Counted from the stretch's first letter, positions 46,400 through 64,000 are shown. The stretch is DNA of 64,000 nt from Prorocentrum cordatum (GCA_963575745.1 CAUYUJ010000115.1:558001-622000); one strand, 5' to 3'. Made by a program: numbers and translations. The notes: generated from the letters alone by a model not told the origin.

Positions 46400-47100
46400 A
46401 TGAAACCTATTGGATGTTCGTTGGGATCTCGTGGTGGGCCTCTCGGAGGCAGTTCGGACACCTCTTGGGGGCCTTGTTGGAGCCTCTTGGGGCCTCTTTT
46501 GAGCCTCTTGGGGCCTCCCAGGGGCCTCGTGGGGGCCCCCTGGGCGCCTCTTGGGGCCTCCTGGGGGCCTCATGGGGCAGAAGGCTCGGATTTTCGGTTC
46601 GTGTTCCCTCTTTTGGGCACCTTTGGGGGCCGTCTGGGCGCCCTCTCAGGCCGATGTTGGTGTTTCTTGGGCCGTCGTGGGGCCTTCTTGAGCCTCTTGG
46701 AGGCATCTTGGAGGCCTTTTGGAGGCCTCTTTGGTGGTCTTGGGGGCCTCAAGGGCCGCCTGGGCGCATCGGGAAGCCGAAACGCCAGAATCCGCCAAAA
46801 GCCAAAGGAAAATCAATGATGTTGGCCTGGGGGCCCTCTTTGGCGGCCTCCTAGGTCGTCTGGGAAGCCTCTTGGGCCGTCTTGAGACCATCTTGGGCGT
46901 CTTGGGTCGATCTATCGGCGGCTTGGAGCCCGCTTGGGGCGCCTGCGGGGCCTCTTGGGGCCCTGCTGGCCCAACTGGAGCCCTCTTCGGCCCGATAAGT
47001 TCACGCGCCACGACTTTCAAGAGCCCATGGGGGCACGCGGCAAGCCCCGCCAAGTCTCGCAATGTCGGGCCCCGGCCCCTGAACCTCTAAGAGTTGATTG
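46400..47100 (-). repeat. Dispersed CCCCAAGAGG-rich family, reverse copy
   Basis: Same motifs as 14570-15290. Confidence 0.75.
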
Positions 47101-47219
47101 TTTTTGGTCCCTCCGTTTTCACTCGGCGGTGCATAGGACTGGCCCTGAAACTCTCCCCTCCTCCTCCCTCCTCTCCCCCTCCACCTTCTCGTCCTCCTCC
47201 TCTTTCGTCTCCGTATCAC

Positions 47220-51950
<4,731 letters not shown>

Positions 51951-53254
51951 TCGTCGTCGCGCCGCAGACCATTTTCCTCTATTGGGCGTGCTGAAAAATG
52001 TCCCACCAGTGAACAATATATTGTGGGCTAACCACACGCGAGATGATTTGTGAGCATCCTCTGAGACGCGGGTTGCAACATGAGTCAAGGTTTGTGGTTG
52101 TACTCGTGAGCGGTTTCGTGCTTAGTGACTGTAGTCGTGGTTGTAGTCGTGATTGTAAGCGTAATCGTCGTCGTCGTGGTTGTCGTCGTTGTCGTGCTCG
52201 TAAGCGTCGTAGTCGTCGCGGCGGGTGTGATTTTCCCTCTATTGTTGTGCGGGTTGGACAATGTTGGGTTTTCTTTTCACAGGGATCAATGCCCCCTGGG
52301 CTGCCCTGCGCGACCGAGGAAGAATTGTTACGGCGTTTATGCGAGGATTGCAATTTAAATCGAGCCACCATGTGCCGAAGGCGTTTCTCACAATCTCTCT
52401 TGGGATGGAGCTTTTCAGGATGGAGTTTCTGAGGGCTCTTGAGGGGCCTGAGCTTCAACAGTCGTTCTGAGGATGGAGCTTCCGAGTATAAATCTTCTGA
52501 GAGCCAAGTTCTTTGAGCTAGGATGTTCTGTGAAAGCGATCCTGAGACATCCGTAGAAGTAGTCGCCGTAGTCGTAGTCGCAATCTTAGTCGTAGCTGCC
52601 GACGTTATTGCGTCGCGGATGCCGCGCAACAGGTCATTAGTTACTCCCTACTGTTGGGACCCCGGTCCATGAATAAGGCTGCCGAAAAATGATTTGTTAC
52701 GCCCTATTGGGGGTTATAAAGACCCTTCAAGTTTACAGAGTCCTCATGCGTCAGGATTGAGGCTTAGAGGGTTGGGCAAAGGACCTGAGGACACGCCCAC
52801 CTCGTGCCACTAGGCACGGTGGCGGATCAATGATGGTCGGCCTGATCCGATCTGATACGGAAGATTCTGGCGTCCCTATGCGGCATTGTTGTGCGCAGCC
52901 CGATCCGACCCACATTCCGATTTGATTCGGATCCCCGATTCGATGCTGGAAGATCATGCGCTCATCCCCGAGAAGTGGCGATTCAAGATTTGCATGGCGA
53001 GGTCCGTTGTAGATATTGCGCCCCCCGCCTAATACAGGCGTAGCATTTAGGACTTCAACCACTAAGAGGTCGCCTCCACTGGGAGCGGTTATGGGACGCA
53101 CCACTGTTTGGACACGGAGCGCACCATTCTCGAACGGTCACGGTCCAGCTTGAAATGTTCAGTTCACGATTGGAGCCTCCGTGGATCGTCCAAGACGGGG
53201 CCAGCTTTCCCTCCAAACAAGATGCGAATGTGTCGTAGTTGTTTTAACGCGTGG

Positions 53255-54150
53255 TTCAGAGGAGAAAAACGTACCGCTACCGCTTCCCGTTCCTCATGGT
53301 TGCTTTTTTGAGCCTCATTGGAGGTCCTCGTCGCCACCGCTGGATTCGCCTTGGGATCCGAGTCAAAACACCCAGAAATAGGTCCGGGGAGTAGCGGTAT
53401 TGGTAATTACGGCAACTGCCCATTGGATATAGGAAGCGCTCGTACGCATGCCCGTCACACGTTCAGGATCTGACAGAGATGGGTTGGTGATAACTACTCT
53501 CTGGGCCCCGCTTGAGGTTAGGGAATTCAGAAGACTGGAGTCGTCAGAACCTTGTATTCCTACGTACTTCACACAGGAGATGCCTGAACCAGCGAAACCA
53601 GCGATCGCAATTGCAAGAGGCAACGTAAGGTGCAACGTGACTTCAGGAGGGGCTCGCCAGGTACTGAGGGCGGCGCTGGACTGCCCCACCCCGCTCGTCA
53701 GGGTCCCGCCCGCCCGGTCCTCCCGACAGGGTCCCGCCGATCCGAGTCCCCCGCGGTATTTGGTCGTGGCCGTCATTCGGTGGTCATCAGTCGTCGATCG
53801 TCGCTGTCGTCATCGCAGCCGCCGCCGTCGTCGTCAAAGTCTTCGCTATGGTCGTATTCGTCGTCGTGTTCGTCGTCGTTTGCTGGCGCGCAAGCGGGGA
53901 TGGGGGGATGTTCAAGTCAGGGCGGGGGGTACCAGTTACGGAGGAGGGGGCATTTTTTGGGTGGAGGGGGAGGGGTCCCTGTTTAAGCTTCTGCGAGTCA
54001 CGTTCCCGTAACAGGCATTCGCGTAATTTGCGAGGCAGTCCAAGCGGCAGTTCTATGTGCAAAGCCACCCGCCCTCCATGTGGGAAGTGTTGAATGTGCA
54101 CCAGCGTTGAGGACCGAGAGCACGGTGCCTGCGGCGGAGCGTCTGCCCCA
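53255..54150 (-). pseudogene. Possible decayed C5 DNA-cytosine methyltransferase fragment
   Basis: Ordered, degenerate matches to motifs IV (IAIAGFAGSGIS), VI (RVVITNPSLSDPERVTGM) and VIII (KR*RYVFLL) with plausible spacing; catalytic residues altered. Confidence 0.3.
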
Positions 54151-54333
54151 CCTTGCAGACTTTATCTGGTGGTGTGAGGTGGAAGATCTGTTCATATCGG
54201 AGGGCCCTCCTCCTCCTCCTCCTCCTCCCACTCCTCCCCCTCCTCCTCCTCCTCCTCCTCCTCCTCCTCCTCCTCCTCCTCCTCCTCCTCCTCCTCCTCC
54301 TCCTCCTCCTCCTCCTCCTACTCCCCCGCCCGC

Positions 54334-54491
54334 CACCAACTATACACCAACACCGATCCTGGCCCAGGATCACCCTGGGCCCAGGATCGGTGTATAAGTA
54401 TATGCCTTCTTGCGCAAGGCAGGAGGGCGTATACACCGATCCTGGGCCCAGGCTGATCCTGGCCAGGATCGGTGTTGGTGTATAGTTGGTG
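54334..54491. mobile_element. 158-bp near-perfect foldback (MITE-like) with self-complementary arms
   Basis: Arms 54334-54396 and 54430-54491 are reverse complements with one indel and one mismatch; the loop motif recurs at 58443-58474. Confidence 0.8.
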
Positions 54492-54823
54492 CCTTCCTAT
54501 CATAAGCAACATGCTTGGAGGAAGCGGGGAGGCAGTCAGGAAGAGGAAGCCGGAGATGGAGGATGACGAGGGCGAGGAAGAATCGCCATGACATCCAGCG
54601 AGTTTGAAGGGAATGGGTCCTAGAACATGGCGCTTGTCTCAAGGCCAGATCATCATTCTGAGCCGTTTTGTCGATGGTCCCGCAGCCCTGCGGAAGGCCC
54701 CAGTGGCCCCAGAGAGACGGTGTTTTAGAGCCCCATTCCGCCAGGAACCTCTTCCTCCGTGTCGACAGACGGGAGAGGGGAAGACGGGCTAGAGGAAGAC
54801 GACGTCGGCGACGACGGACTAAG

Positions 54824-54867
54824 GTCCAACGACTCGGAGACGGGGTCCGGCTCCAACGGCGGCACAG
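54824..54867 (+). CDS. Host gene exon 7 (probable): (R)SNDSETGSGSNGGT
   Basis: taag|g acceptor in phase 2, high GC3, Ser/Gly-rich like exons 4-6; donor position uncertain (GA at 54868 or GC at 54870). Confidence 0.5.
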
Positions 54868-55989
54868 GAGCGCGGGGAAAGCGCCACCCCTGACGAACGA
54901 ACAGCACACACACACACACGCACACACACACGCACACACACACACACCCATACCCATAGGGGGGACGGAGGGCACATTGGGTGCGTGTTGTCGGATGGGG
55001 GTCCCCGCTCGAAATGAAGCCTCCCTGATGAGTCCGACAACACGATCAGATACCCATAGCCCATGGCCAATTCTCTTCCCTCCGACCCCCTATGGGTATG
55101 GCGTTGCATGGCACGGTGGAGCCTGTTCATTCTGATGGTGTTCGAGAAGGAGGAGGAGGACGAGGAGGAGGAGGAGGAGGAGGAGGAGGAGGAGGAGGAG
55201 GAGGAGGAGGAGGAGAGAGGAGGGAGTAGTGGAGGAGGATGGAGGAGGAGGGCTGTTGTGCAGTTGGTAGGGGTGGGATGAGGGAGAGGAGGAGGAGAAG
55301 GAGGAGGAGAGAAGGAGGAGCAGGCGGAGGAGGAGGAGGAGGAGGAGGAGTAGGAGAAGGAGGAGGAGGAGGAGGAGGAGGAAGATGAGGGAGTAGTAGG
55401 AGGAGGAGGAGGAGGGAGGAGGAGGAGGAGGAGGAGGAAGATGAGGGGGGAGTAGGAGGGGGAGTAAGAGTAAGAGTCCCAGGACAGTGTCCACAACTTC
55501 CAACCAACATAGGGATAGCCCCTCTGTGCTCGATTTACCGGATGAGCCGGAGGAGGAGGAGGAGGAGGAGGAGGAGGAGCGATCAAGTGGAGAAGGACGA
55601 TCTGGAGGAGCGATCCAGTTGAGGATGCCTCCCCCCCGCCAGGAGCGGCGCCGCGGAGCGCCGGCTCCGGCTCGGGGCCCGCCGACCGGAGCTCCGCGGG
55701 GCAGGGGAGCGGCGGCGAGGAGGCGGCGTGCGCGTGAGGGCGGCCGCCGCGGCCTTGCGTATAGCCCGGGTCAGCGCTGACGGGGGTCAGTCGGAGCTGA
55801 AGCGACGGGGTTCACTGCAAGTGATGGGCCTTTCTTGCACCACCACCTCCACGATAAGTTGGAGGGAGGAAGGAGGTGGAGGAGGAGGAGGAGGAGGAGG
55901 AGGAGGAGGAGGAGGAAGACCCCCTCCCCCTCCAACTCATGGTGGTGGTGGTGGTGGAAAACAGGCCCATCAGCAAACGGGGGTCAGCC

Positions 55990-56130
55990 AGAGCGCCACA
56001 CCTTGCGGGATCTTGCAGGGCCAGGGGTGCATTGGACCCGGGTCAGCGCGCAGGATCCCGCAGGGCCCTGCAGGATTTTGCAGGAGTTTGCAAGGCCCAG
56101 CTGGCCCGGGTTTGCCATGGACGCAGGTCA
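55990..56130 (+). repeat. tgcaggat-rich dispersed repeat; relative at 10270-10395
   Basis: gacccggg..gcagga..tgcaggat..tgcaa..cc.ggtttgc.atgga shared by both. Confidence 0.65.
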
Positions 56131-57459
56131 GTAAGTTACGTTCCCGAGTCAGGCAATCCATTCCTCGGTGCGATCATCGAAATCGATACAGAAAGAATGG
56201 GTACGAAGACCGACAGCAGTTCTCCTCCATCTCGAACAGGGCTCACCGTCGGCCCCGCCGCGGACGCGGCCCATTTGAGACAGAAGGCCGCCCGACAGCG
56301 GCAGCTGTCGGTTTGGGAAGACATGTTTTGCTGGGCATCGTAACCATGTTTTCCGTACCCCCTGCGGGCGTCCAAATTTCCGATCGTTTCGTGGTTGACC
56401 CGTGTTTGTCATGGTGTCCGGCCCTTAGCAGCCCCAAAAAGGTGGGCGGCCGAGAAGACAGGTGTGACCGAGCAGGTGCCCAGAGCCGTGACCGAAAGCG
56501 TAGTGTGACTGAGATTGGGACCGAAGTTAAGAATGGCATTGGCTTCAAATCAAACATTTTGGTCACACCAGGGCGCGGTCGAAAAAAATCCACCGCCATT
56601 TTCGGTCACATTTGGGCACAGTTTCGGTCACTACATCGCTCTGACAGAGAGTAACAGAGACGCGGACCCGCGAGGTGTGGGAGACACGTGGAGCCGACCC
56701 CGCCACCCCTCCCTCCAGTAATCCGGGTTTGGGAGCCACCTTGCGGCTTGCCGGGGCTCACGACGTGGCCTCGGTTGACCTGCGTTAGCCTTGACCTGGG
56801 TCAGTGCGTCCACGAGTGTGGAGCTGAGCGGCCGGTTAAGGGCGGTGCCAGCCCCTGGAGTAGTCACGTTTGCCCCGAGATCCGAGCGTCGCGATTTTTG
56901 TCACGACAGGCGTCTTCGCTGGGCTTCGGGCCCGGGGGCCCCCACATATCGGTCTGGCACGAAGGAAGGTCACAGAAAGATGGGGTCCAGGACTCCTGTC
57001 GTTGCTCGGCGGCGAGCGATGAGGGGGAAGTGAGAAGGTGCGGGCCTCAGAAGGCTTGGAAGTCCCCCGGCCTTCTGAGGAGTGTCCTAAGCCTTCCCCG
57101 AAGACAAAAACAAACCTCTCAGAAGGTCGGAAGCCTTCTGAGAAGCCCCGCCACCTTCTGAGAAGGTATTCTCCTTCTCATTTCCCCCCCTCGCGAGCCG
57201 CCGAGTCGCGTTGTTGTATTTTTTTTCTCGCGGCGTCGGATCGCAGGGCGGGGGGCCGGCTGGGGGGCTGAGGTGGCCCGGCACGGGGTCTCGGCCACAG
57301 CAGAAGAGGGGGGAGAAGGGGGATTTAGCTGGGCGCGGCTCGAGAAGCTGGTCGTGTTCGACCTTGGCGGGGGTCCAGGGGCCGATTTTGAGCGGATTTG
57401 CTCTCGTCTCCCCTTATTGGCCGATTATTTCTGCGCTTCTCTTGTGGGCAAGACTTTTG

Positions 57460-57615
57460 TCCATATCCACAGCGTCTTGGAGTGTCGGGAGGCGCCGTGG
57501 ATATGGATAAAACAACTTCGCCCCTAGAAGTCATATGTTTATACATATCCACTGCGCCGCGGCCTGTCTGCGCCCCTTCCCAGAAAGTCCAAGACGCAGT
57601 GGATATGGATACACA
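57460..57615. repeat. Two tandem hairpin units catatccac..gtggatatggata
   Basis: Stems at 57461-57506 and 57545-57607. Confidence 0.65.
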
Positions 57616-60264
57616 TCGTGCCCGCATATCTGGCTCAGCCCCCCGGCAGCCTCCAGCTCGCATATGGTTTTGTGCAAGCTAACATTCTTAATTCTATTCG
57701 GAGCTTGTGCTCCAAGTAACCGATGCAGCTTTTAGCGCTGAAGGGTCACATGCTATGGTGAAGGGTCCGTTGAGCTGGCTGAGGGCTTGGGCCCCAGTCT
57801 GTTGAGCCGCCAGATGGGGTTGAGGACCAGTGTGCCCGGCACCATTTGAGCCTCCCCACGCAGCCATTGTGACTGCAGTTGGACATTAGCTCATGCGCTG
57901 CTCTGGGCCTCCTCCCGACTGGCATGCCTGGTACCAACTTTAGCCTCCACACTAAGGTGTAGGAGGCCACGGTAGAATATTAACTTTTTGCAGAAGGCCC
58001 TTCACTTTTTGGAAGAGGGGACGAGTGAGGCGGGATAAATGACATGGGGTGCAGAGTTTTGGCCTATGTCGACCAGTGGATTGTCGACTGACTCCTTTTC
58101 ACATATTTTCTACACATGCAGCCCTCAGACTCTTGATCCGTATATAACTTTTTAATCGGATCGGCGTCAGCTGGTCCGTGGGCTGCGTGCACATCTTCGA
58201 GCTCTTTTCTAGCAGGTATTCTCTGTCTCTTTCGTCAGGTTGGCCGAGATCAAGTGGCCCAGTGTGGTGTCAGCCGCACTTTCTGGACGTCAGAGAGAGC
58301 CTCGTCATCGCTCGGACGTCCACTCCCCGCGTATGTTTCGGCATCGTGCGCGTATGTTTTCGCAAGATGACCGACATAGGGCTGCGAGATCTCTACATAT
58401 CCACTGCTTCCTGGGCAGGCCCATCCTGAACTCAGCAGCTGCGTATACGCCCTTCTTGCCAAGCCAGGAGGGCGTCGCGCACACACCGCTGCCCGGTTCT
58501 GGATGGGCGTGGTCAGGGAGCAGTGACTTGTTTGTACAGATCTCGTCGCCCTACAAAATGCTCGTCAGTGGTCCTTGCCGAGGAAACGGAGGCACACGTC
58601 CAAGCGATGCCGAGGAGCGCGCCCGAGCCTTTCTGTGTCAAGCGCCTGCCTCCGTCGAGAGAGGATGGGGCGGGCGCAGGCAGCGCATTTTCGAAGCGGA
58701 AAATGCCGTCGGGGATGTTCGGCCCCCATTGAGGAGAGGGATGAGGAGGAGGAAAAAGAAGAAGAACAGGAGGAGGGGGAGGAGGAGAAGCAGGAGGAGG
58801 AAGAGGAGGAGGAGGAGGTCGAGGAGGAAGAGGAGGAGGAGGAGGAGGAGGAGGAGGAGGAGAGGAAGGAGGAGGAGGAGGCGGAGGAGGAGGAGGAGGA
58901 GAGGGAGTTCGGTTCCCGTGGGCGAAGGCGGGATATAGGGCAAGGGCGAGTTACGACTGCTGCTGCGTGCAGCTGATCTAGCCAGCAAGACAGTATGGGC
59001 GGCCCCATGAGTTGCCACAGGAATGAGAGGGTTACGACAACTGCTGCGTGCTGCTGCGTGCAGCTGATTTCGTCCCCGCCGCTGGCCGCGTGCCTCGGCG
59101 CATGGTCGCACTCGGCGCCACGAGGTGCTGGGAAATTCAGCCACGTGAGCTGTTTCGCGAGCCCCAATTCGCTATCCACCCCTTTGCGTCCGCGTCTGAC
59201 CCGACCTTCACCCCGTCCTCCCTCTAACAAGAACGTAATACATGAACGTTAACCTGCGGAGGTCTGCTCAGATGTCTTGGGCTGGCGCAGGAGCGCCCTG
59301 GGGTATCAGACCCGATCGAATGTATCCTCCCAAACATTGATGTCTCTATGTTAGTTCCTTCTTCCATCTTCCCTCCCCATACCCCCCTTCCCCGAGAGGG
59401 AGTGGACGTTCGCCCTCTCCGTGGTCATGGGTGTGCCCACGAGATTCTCAGGGCCATGCCAGCTGTCCCTCCAGCGCCCGCGAACGCGATCTATTTGGCC
59501 GGTGTTCTGGGCCGCCCTCGGGGGAGAAGATGGGGAGGAAGAGGAGGAGGAGGAGGAGGAGGAGGAGGAGGAGGAGGAGGAGGAGGAGGAGGAAGAAGAC
59601 GAGGATCAGAACGAGGACCAGGAGTGGCAGTGGCAGTGGGGAGGACAAGGCGGAGTAGGCCGATGAGGGCGGGGAGTACGGGAGGGGGAGGACGAGGGGG
59701 ATGGGGAGGAGTAGGAGGAGGAGGAGGAGGAGGAGGAGAGGACAAGGAGGAGAAGGAGGAGGAGGCGGAGTGGGAGCGGGAGCGGGAGCGGGAGCGGGAG
59801 GGGGAGCGGGAGCGGATGTGGGAGGAGGAATAGAGGAGCAAACGAGGACGAAGTCGCAGTTATGCGTTCCCGCAGTTGGCCAAGCCTCCATTCCTACCGT
59901 CTGATCCATCTGCCTTCAATCAACCACCCCCTCCACTTGGTGCTTCCCCTCCCCCTCCACATGCTCATTCTCATCCGCATCCCTACTCGTTGCCCGTCTC
60001 GGTCCCGCGGGAGTCCCGCCACTTCTGCCGCCTCGTCCCGATCCTTCGCCGCCGTCCGATCCACCAATGGCCCTTCTTCTACGAAATGAGGCGCGCCCTA
60101 GTACGCTGTAGGTTCGTTTTGCGTCGACCGGCGGCAATCCCGCCAGTCGCGTTCAACGTTGAACGCCGCGTGCGACCCAGAATCGTTCGATGTGGAACGA
60201 TTTTGGACGTTTGGGAAACGGCCGATCGTTCAAGGTTGAACGAGTGCCTAGCAGGAAGAGGGCG

Positions 60265-61170
60265 AGGTGGCGCGAGGAGGAGGTGGCACGAGGAGGAGGA
60301 GGAGGGAGAGGAGGAGGGAGAGGAGGAGGGAGAGGAGGAGGAGGAGGAGCAGGAGGAGGAGGAGGAGGTGGCACGAGGAGGAGGAGGAGGAGGAGGAGGA
60401 GGAGGAAGAGGAGGGACCAGGAGGGAGGGAGCAGGGTGGAGAGAGCAGATATGCTGGAGGATGGGGGCGGCGCAGGGAGGAGGGAGGGAGTGGAGAGAGG
60501 GAGGAGGAAAGAGGGAGGGAGGGAGGGACAGGGAGGAAGGGGAGGGAGAGGAGGGAGGGAGGGACAGAGGGAGGGGGGAGGGGAGGGGGAGGAGGAGGAG
60601 GAGGAGGAGGAGGAGGAGGAGGAGGAGGAGAAGGAGGAGGAAAGAGGAGGAACGAGGAGGGCAGTGAAAGAGGGAGTGAAGAGGAGGAGGAAAGAGGAGG
60701 AAGAGGGGGTGAAAGGGGGGAGGGAGGGAGGGGGGAGGGGAGAGGAGGAGAGGAGGAGGAGGAGGAGGAGGAGGAGGAGGAGGAGGAGGAGGAGGAAAGA
60801 GGAGGGCAGAAGCGGAGGGAGAATCGGGAGTAGGGCCGCCGCGCGACCATGGGGACGTGGCCGCTGGCCCTCTCCGAGGACGCCGCCTCGCCACGCCTCG
60901 GAGCTGGGGCGGGGCCCAGGGAGCGCGAGCACGCTGGAAGCCCCGGCCTCAAAGCCTGGCGAGGCGTGGCACGACGGGGGGGGAGGGAGGGCAGGGAGGG
61001 AGGGAGGGAGGCAAGGGGGGGAGGGAGGGAAGGGAAGGGAGGGAGGGAGGGAGGGAGGGAGGGAGGGGAGGGAGGGGGGAGAGGGAAGGAAGGAGGGAAG
61101 GGGGGGAGGGAGGGGGAGGGAGGGGGAGGGAGGGCGGGGGAGGGGGGGAGTAAGGGAGGGAGGGAGGGAG
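60265..61170. repeat. Long (GAG)n/(GGGA)n polypurine tract
   Basis: Direct observation; many shorter GAG/CCT tracts occur throughout the window. Confidence 0.95.
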
Positions 61171-63359
61171 GATCGGGGACACGTGAGACCCGAGGAAAGT
61201 AGGGATGGCGGGGAGGGGATGGGGGGGAGGGAGCGCGAGCACGCCGAACGCCTGGGCCTCGAAGCCCGGCGAGGTGTGGCACGAGTGGGGGATGTGGGGG
61301 ATGATCGAAACGGGTACGGTAATCATGGGTGCGATGCCCAACAGCAGTTCCTGTCAGAGGCGTTATTTTTTCCACTACTACTTTAAAGAAATTGTGGGAG
61401 GAAAAAGAAGCACGATGTCCGCCTGGGCCCCCGTCGAAGGAGCGGAAATGCGAGCGCAATGGCGCGCGCGGACACGCGCGACCCGCCGCTGGTAACAACG
61501 TGAATGCGCGGGCGTCGCAGCGACGACGGCGACGGCGACGGCGACGGCGGCGTCGGCGCCGACGGCGATGACGACGGCGGCAACGGCGACGGCGGCGACG
61601 ACGAACGTCGCGGCGACGGTGGCGACAGGTCCCGGGTCCACGGGCGAACTTGCGCCCCGCCCTCGTTCTTGGAGTCCCGCGCCAGATTTTATGGGAGGAG
61701 CCAAATGTATGCGCGCAGTTTTGCCCCAGCCGTCTCTCCGCTTTACTAAAGCTCTCTTTTTGCTTTAGTGCGCCGTCGTTTGTTCGGAATGGATTAGATC
61801 GCCTTTATTAAAGCCGTTTTCTCGCTTTGGTCAAGTAGTTTCCCTGCTTTTGTGAAGCCACTTCCTCGCTTTAATGAAGCCGCTTCTTCGCTTGAGTAAA
61901 GGCCGCGGTCTGCCTTAGTAGAGCCCTGGGGGGGCGGGGCCAGGGCCCGGTCGGGGGGCGAGGGGGTCCTGTCTTCCCTGCCAGTTCACCCTGCGATGAA
62001 TTTGCTCGAGTAACCAGGGTCGCGTTGCATCGGTTCGCGGCGATCCTTGGGCATTTTTTCAGCGAGTCGTAGGTGCTCCTTGACAGGAGATTCAGGGCGC
62101 GAGCGCAGGACGTGGCTCGGCAATTCGGACGCGCCGCCGCGGTTGTCACGCAAGAGAGCAACAACACTTTACTGAAAGGCTCGTTTCCTTCTGAGCCAAT
62201 AGCTCCTTAAACGTAATAGTGTGAATTTTCCGCTTCCAATATTGTTCATTTTGAACCGGACCCGCTGCCCGCGCCGCCGCGGACGTTGTTCAGTGAAATC
62301 AAAAAACAACCTGCCCAGCAGCGGCAGCTGTCGGCTTTGGACAACGTGTGTAGTTGAGCATTGTGCCCCTTGTTTTTCTACCTGTATCGGGCGTCCAAAC
62401 GGGGGGGGCGGTGAGGAGGGATGATCCGGGAAACGTGACACCCGAGGAAGGAAGTAGGGCGGGGTGGGGAGGGGGGGAGGGGATGGGGAGGGAGGGAAGG
62501 GGACCGGGGCAACGTCAGACCCGAGTTCGCCTGAACTCGGGTTTTCCGAGGCGCGGCGCGAGGGGGTGGGGAACCTGGGCCTCCCATGTGGGGTCCGAGT
62601 AGATGGGGTCAGAGGATCGCGCCGCATCGCCGATGCATCGGCGATGCGGTTCGATTTGGAGCACGGTTTTCTCCACGCTGGCGTCGCCGATGCATCGCCG
62701 ACGTCGCCAGGTCATTGCCGATGCATCGGTGATGCATCGACGATGCGCCGCGATCCTCCGACCCATTCTGCTCCGAGCCTTTTTTGATTGCCTCTAGTGG
62801 GAAGGGGGTGAGGGCAGGAGGATCGGGGAAACTTAAGACCCGACCGAGTTTGGCGATATCAGGAGTGCCGACGCGTTTTGATGTTTCCGTCTTGGGGAGT
62901 AACGGTCCAGGTTTCGTCGGAAGTTCGCAGTGGGGGTTCCCGTCAAAGTGCGCTGATTGTTTATTTATCCGCGGACGCCTACCGTAGTGGACCTGTACCT
63001 TCCCAAAAGACTCATCGCACCGTGCTTCGTACATAGGAGGAGGGGGGAGGAGGAGGAGGAGGACGAGGAGGAGGAGGAGGAGGAGGAGGATCATAAGGTG
63101 GCGCATGAGCGGGAGGAAGAGCAGGAGGAAAGGAGGAGGAGGAGGAAGGAGGAGGACGGCGAGGATGAACAGCAGCAGCGGGAATTGGAGCGGAAAGAGT
63201 CGGAGGAACAGGAGGACCAGTGGAAGGCGGATGAGGGCAAATGAGGGGCACGACAACGATGAGGAAGGTTTCGGATACACAACAGTGACCCGCGCTCGGG
63301 CGAGAACGCCATTCTGAATAAAGGGAGCAAAGCGCCGATCCGACATGAGGGTAACGCTG

Positions 63360-64000
63360 AGGCTGGGGGTGTCAGACGTGGTGGAGGTCAGGGAGGGGGG
63401 GGTCCAAGTCGGATTTCTGCGAGTCGAGTGGCCCCTAAGGAGACACCCGCCCTGCACAACTCCGACCTGGACCTCCCTCCCCGACCCCCTCCCCGACCAC
63501 GCCCGACACCCCAAGACTCTTGCAGCCTCTGGGCATAGGTTTTGTTGGGGCCACTCGTCCTGCACAGATCCGACCTGGACCCCCTGCCCCAAGGTCTAGC
63601 CCTTTCCCGGGACCTCCACCACGCCCGACACCCCCAGCCCCCTGCAGCCTCCGCGCGTGGCCGTGTAGGGGCCGCGCTCACCCTGCTAACATCTGACCTG
63701 GCCCCCCCTGCCCCGACCTCTTCCCTGGCCTCCACCAAGCCCGACACCCCCAGACTCCGACAGCCTCTGGGCATAGGTTTTTATGGGCCACCCACCCTGC
63801 AAACATTCAACCTGGCCCCCCCCACCCCGAACCCCTCCCTGACCTCCACCACGCCCAACACCCCTAGCCTCCTGCAGCCTCTGGCCATAGGTGCTAAGGG
63901 GCCATCCCCTAAGGAGAGGCCCACCCTGCACAAGTCCGACCTGGACCTCCCATCCCGACCCCCTCCTTGACCTCCACCACTCCCGGCACACCCAGCTCCC
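63360..64000 (+). repeat. ~120-bp degenerate tandem repeat (gacctccaccacgcccgacacccc..gcagcctctgggcatagg) with an inverted first unit
   Basis: About 5 units running off the window end; 63364-63420 is complementary to the later units. Confidence 0.75.

Noticed and set aside
59876..61498. 260-416-aa Gly/Arg/Glu and Pro/Ser ORFs
   Set aside because: Polypurine low-complexity tract.

Overview
GC-rich, repeat-dominated eukaryotic nuclear DNA. It is almost certainly from a dinoflagellate: it carries relics of the 22-nt dinoflagellate spliced leader (DCCGTAGCCATTTTGGCTCAAG), and its introns use GT, GC and GA donors with AG|G acceptors. Most ORFs in the supplied track are artefacts of microsatellites and GC-rich repeats. 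(1) A + strand host gene for an RRM RNA-binding protein with a Ser/Gly-rich tail is split into at least 7 micro-exons (44-108 nt) over about 47.6 kb. One further exon-like segment fits upstream of exon 1 by sequence but lies inside intron 3. (2) A full-length, near-intact LINE (37159-41664) has ORF1, an APE-RT ORF2, a 17-bp target-site duplication and a (TTGAC)n tail. Its 5' end is a stack of 3-4 spliced-leader relics, and it sits in sense orientation in a host intron; this is the standout observation. (3) A 5'-truncated, disabled minus-strand LINE (30624-35310) has about 150 extra low-complexity codons between RT motifs. (4) Heavily decayed remnants include a probable older LINE with a spliced-leader relic and a possible C5 DNA methyltransferase. 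(5) Non-autonomous elements are abundant: Helitron2/Helentron-like elements with asymmetric inverted repeats, MITE-like hairpins, minisatellites, an array of eight 41-bp hairpins that mimics CRISPR, and a 4.7-kb (CTA)n field. All assignments come from reading motifs by eye; no searches were run.
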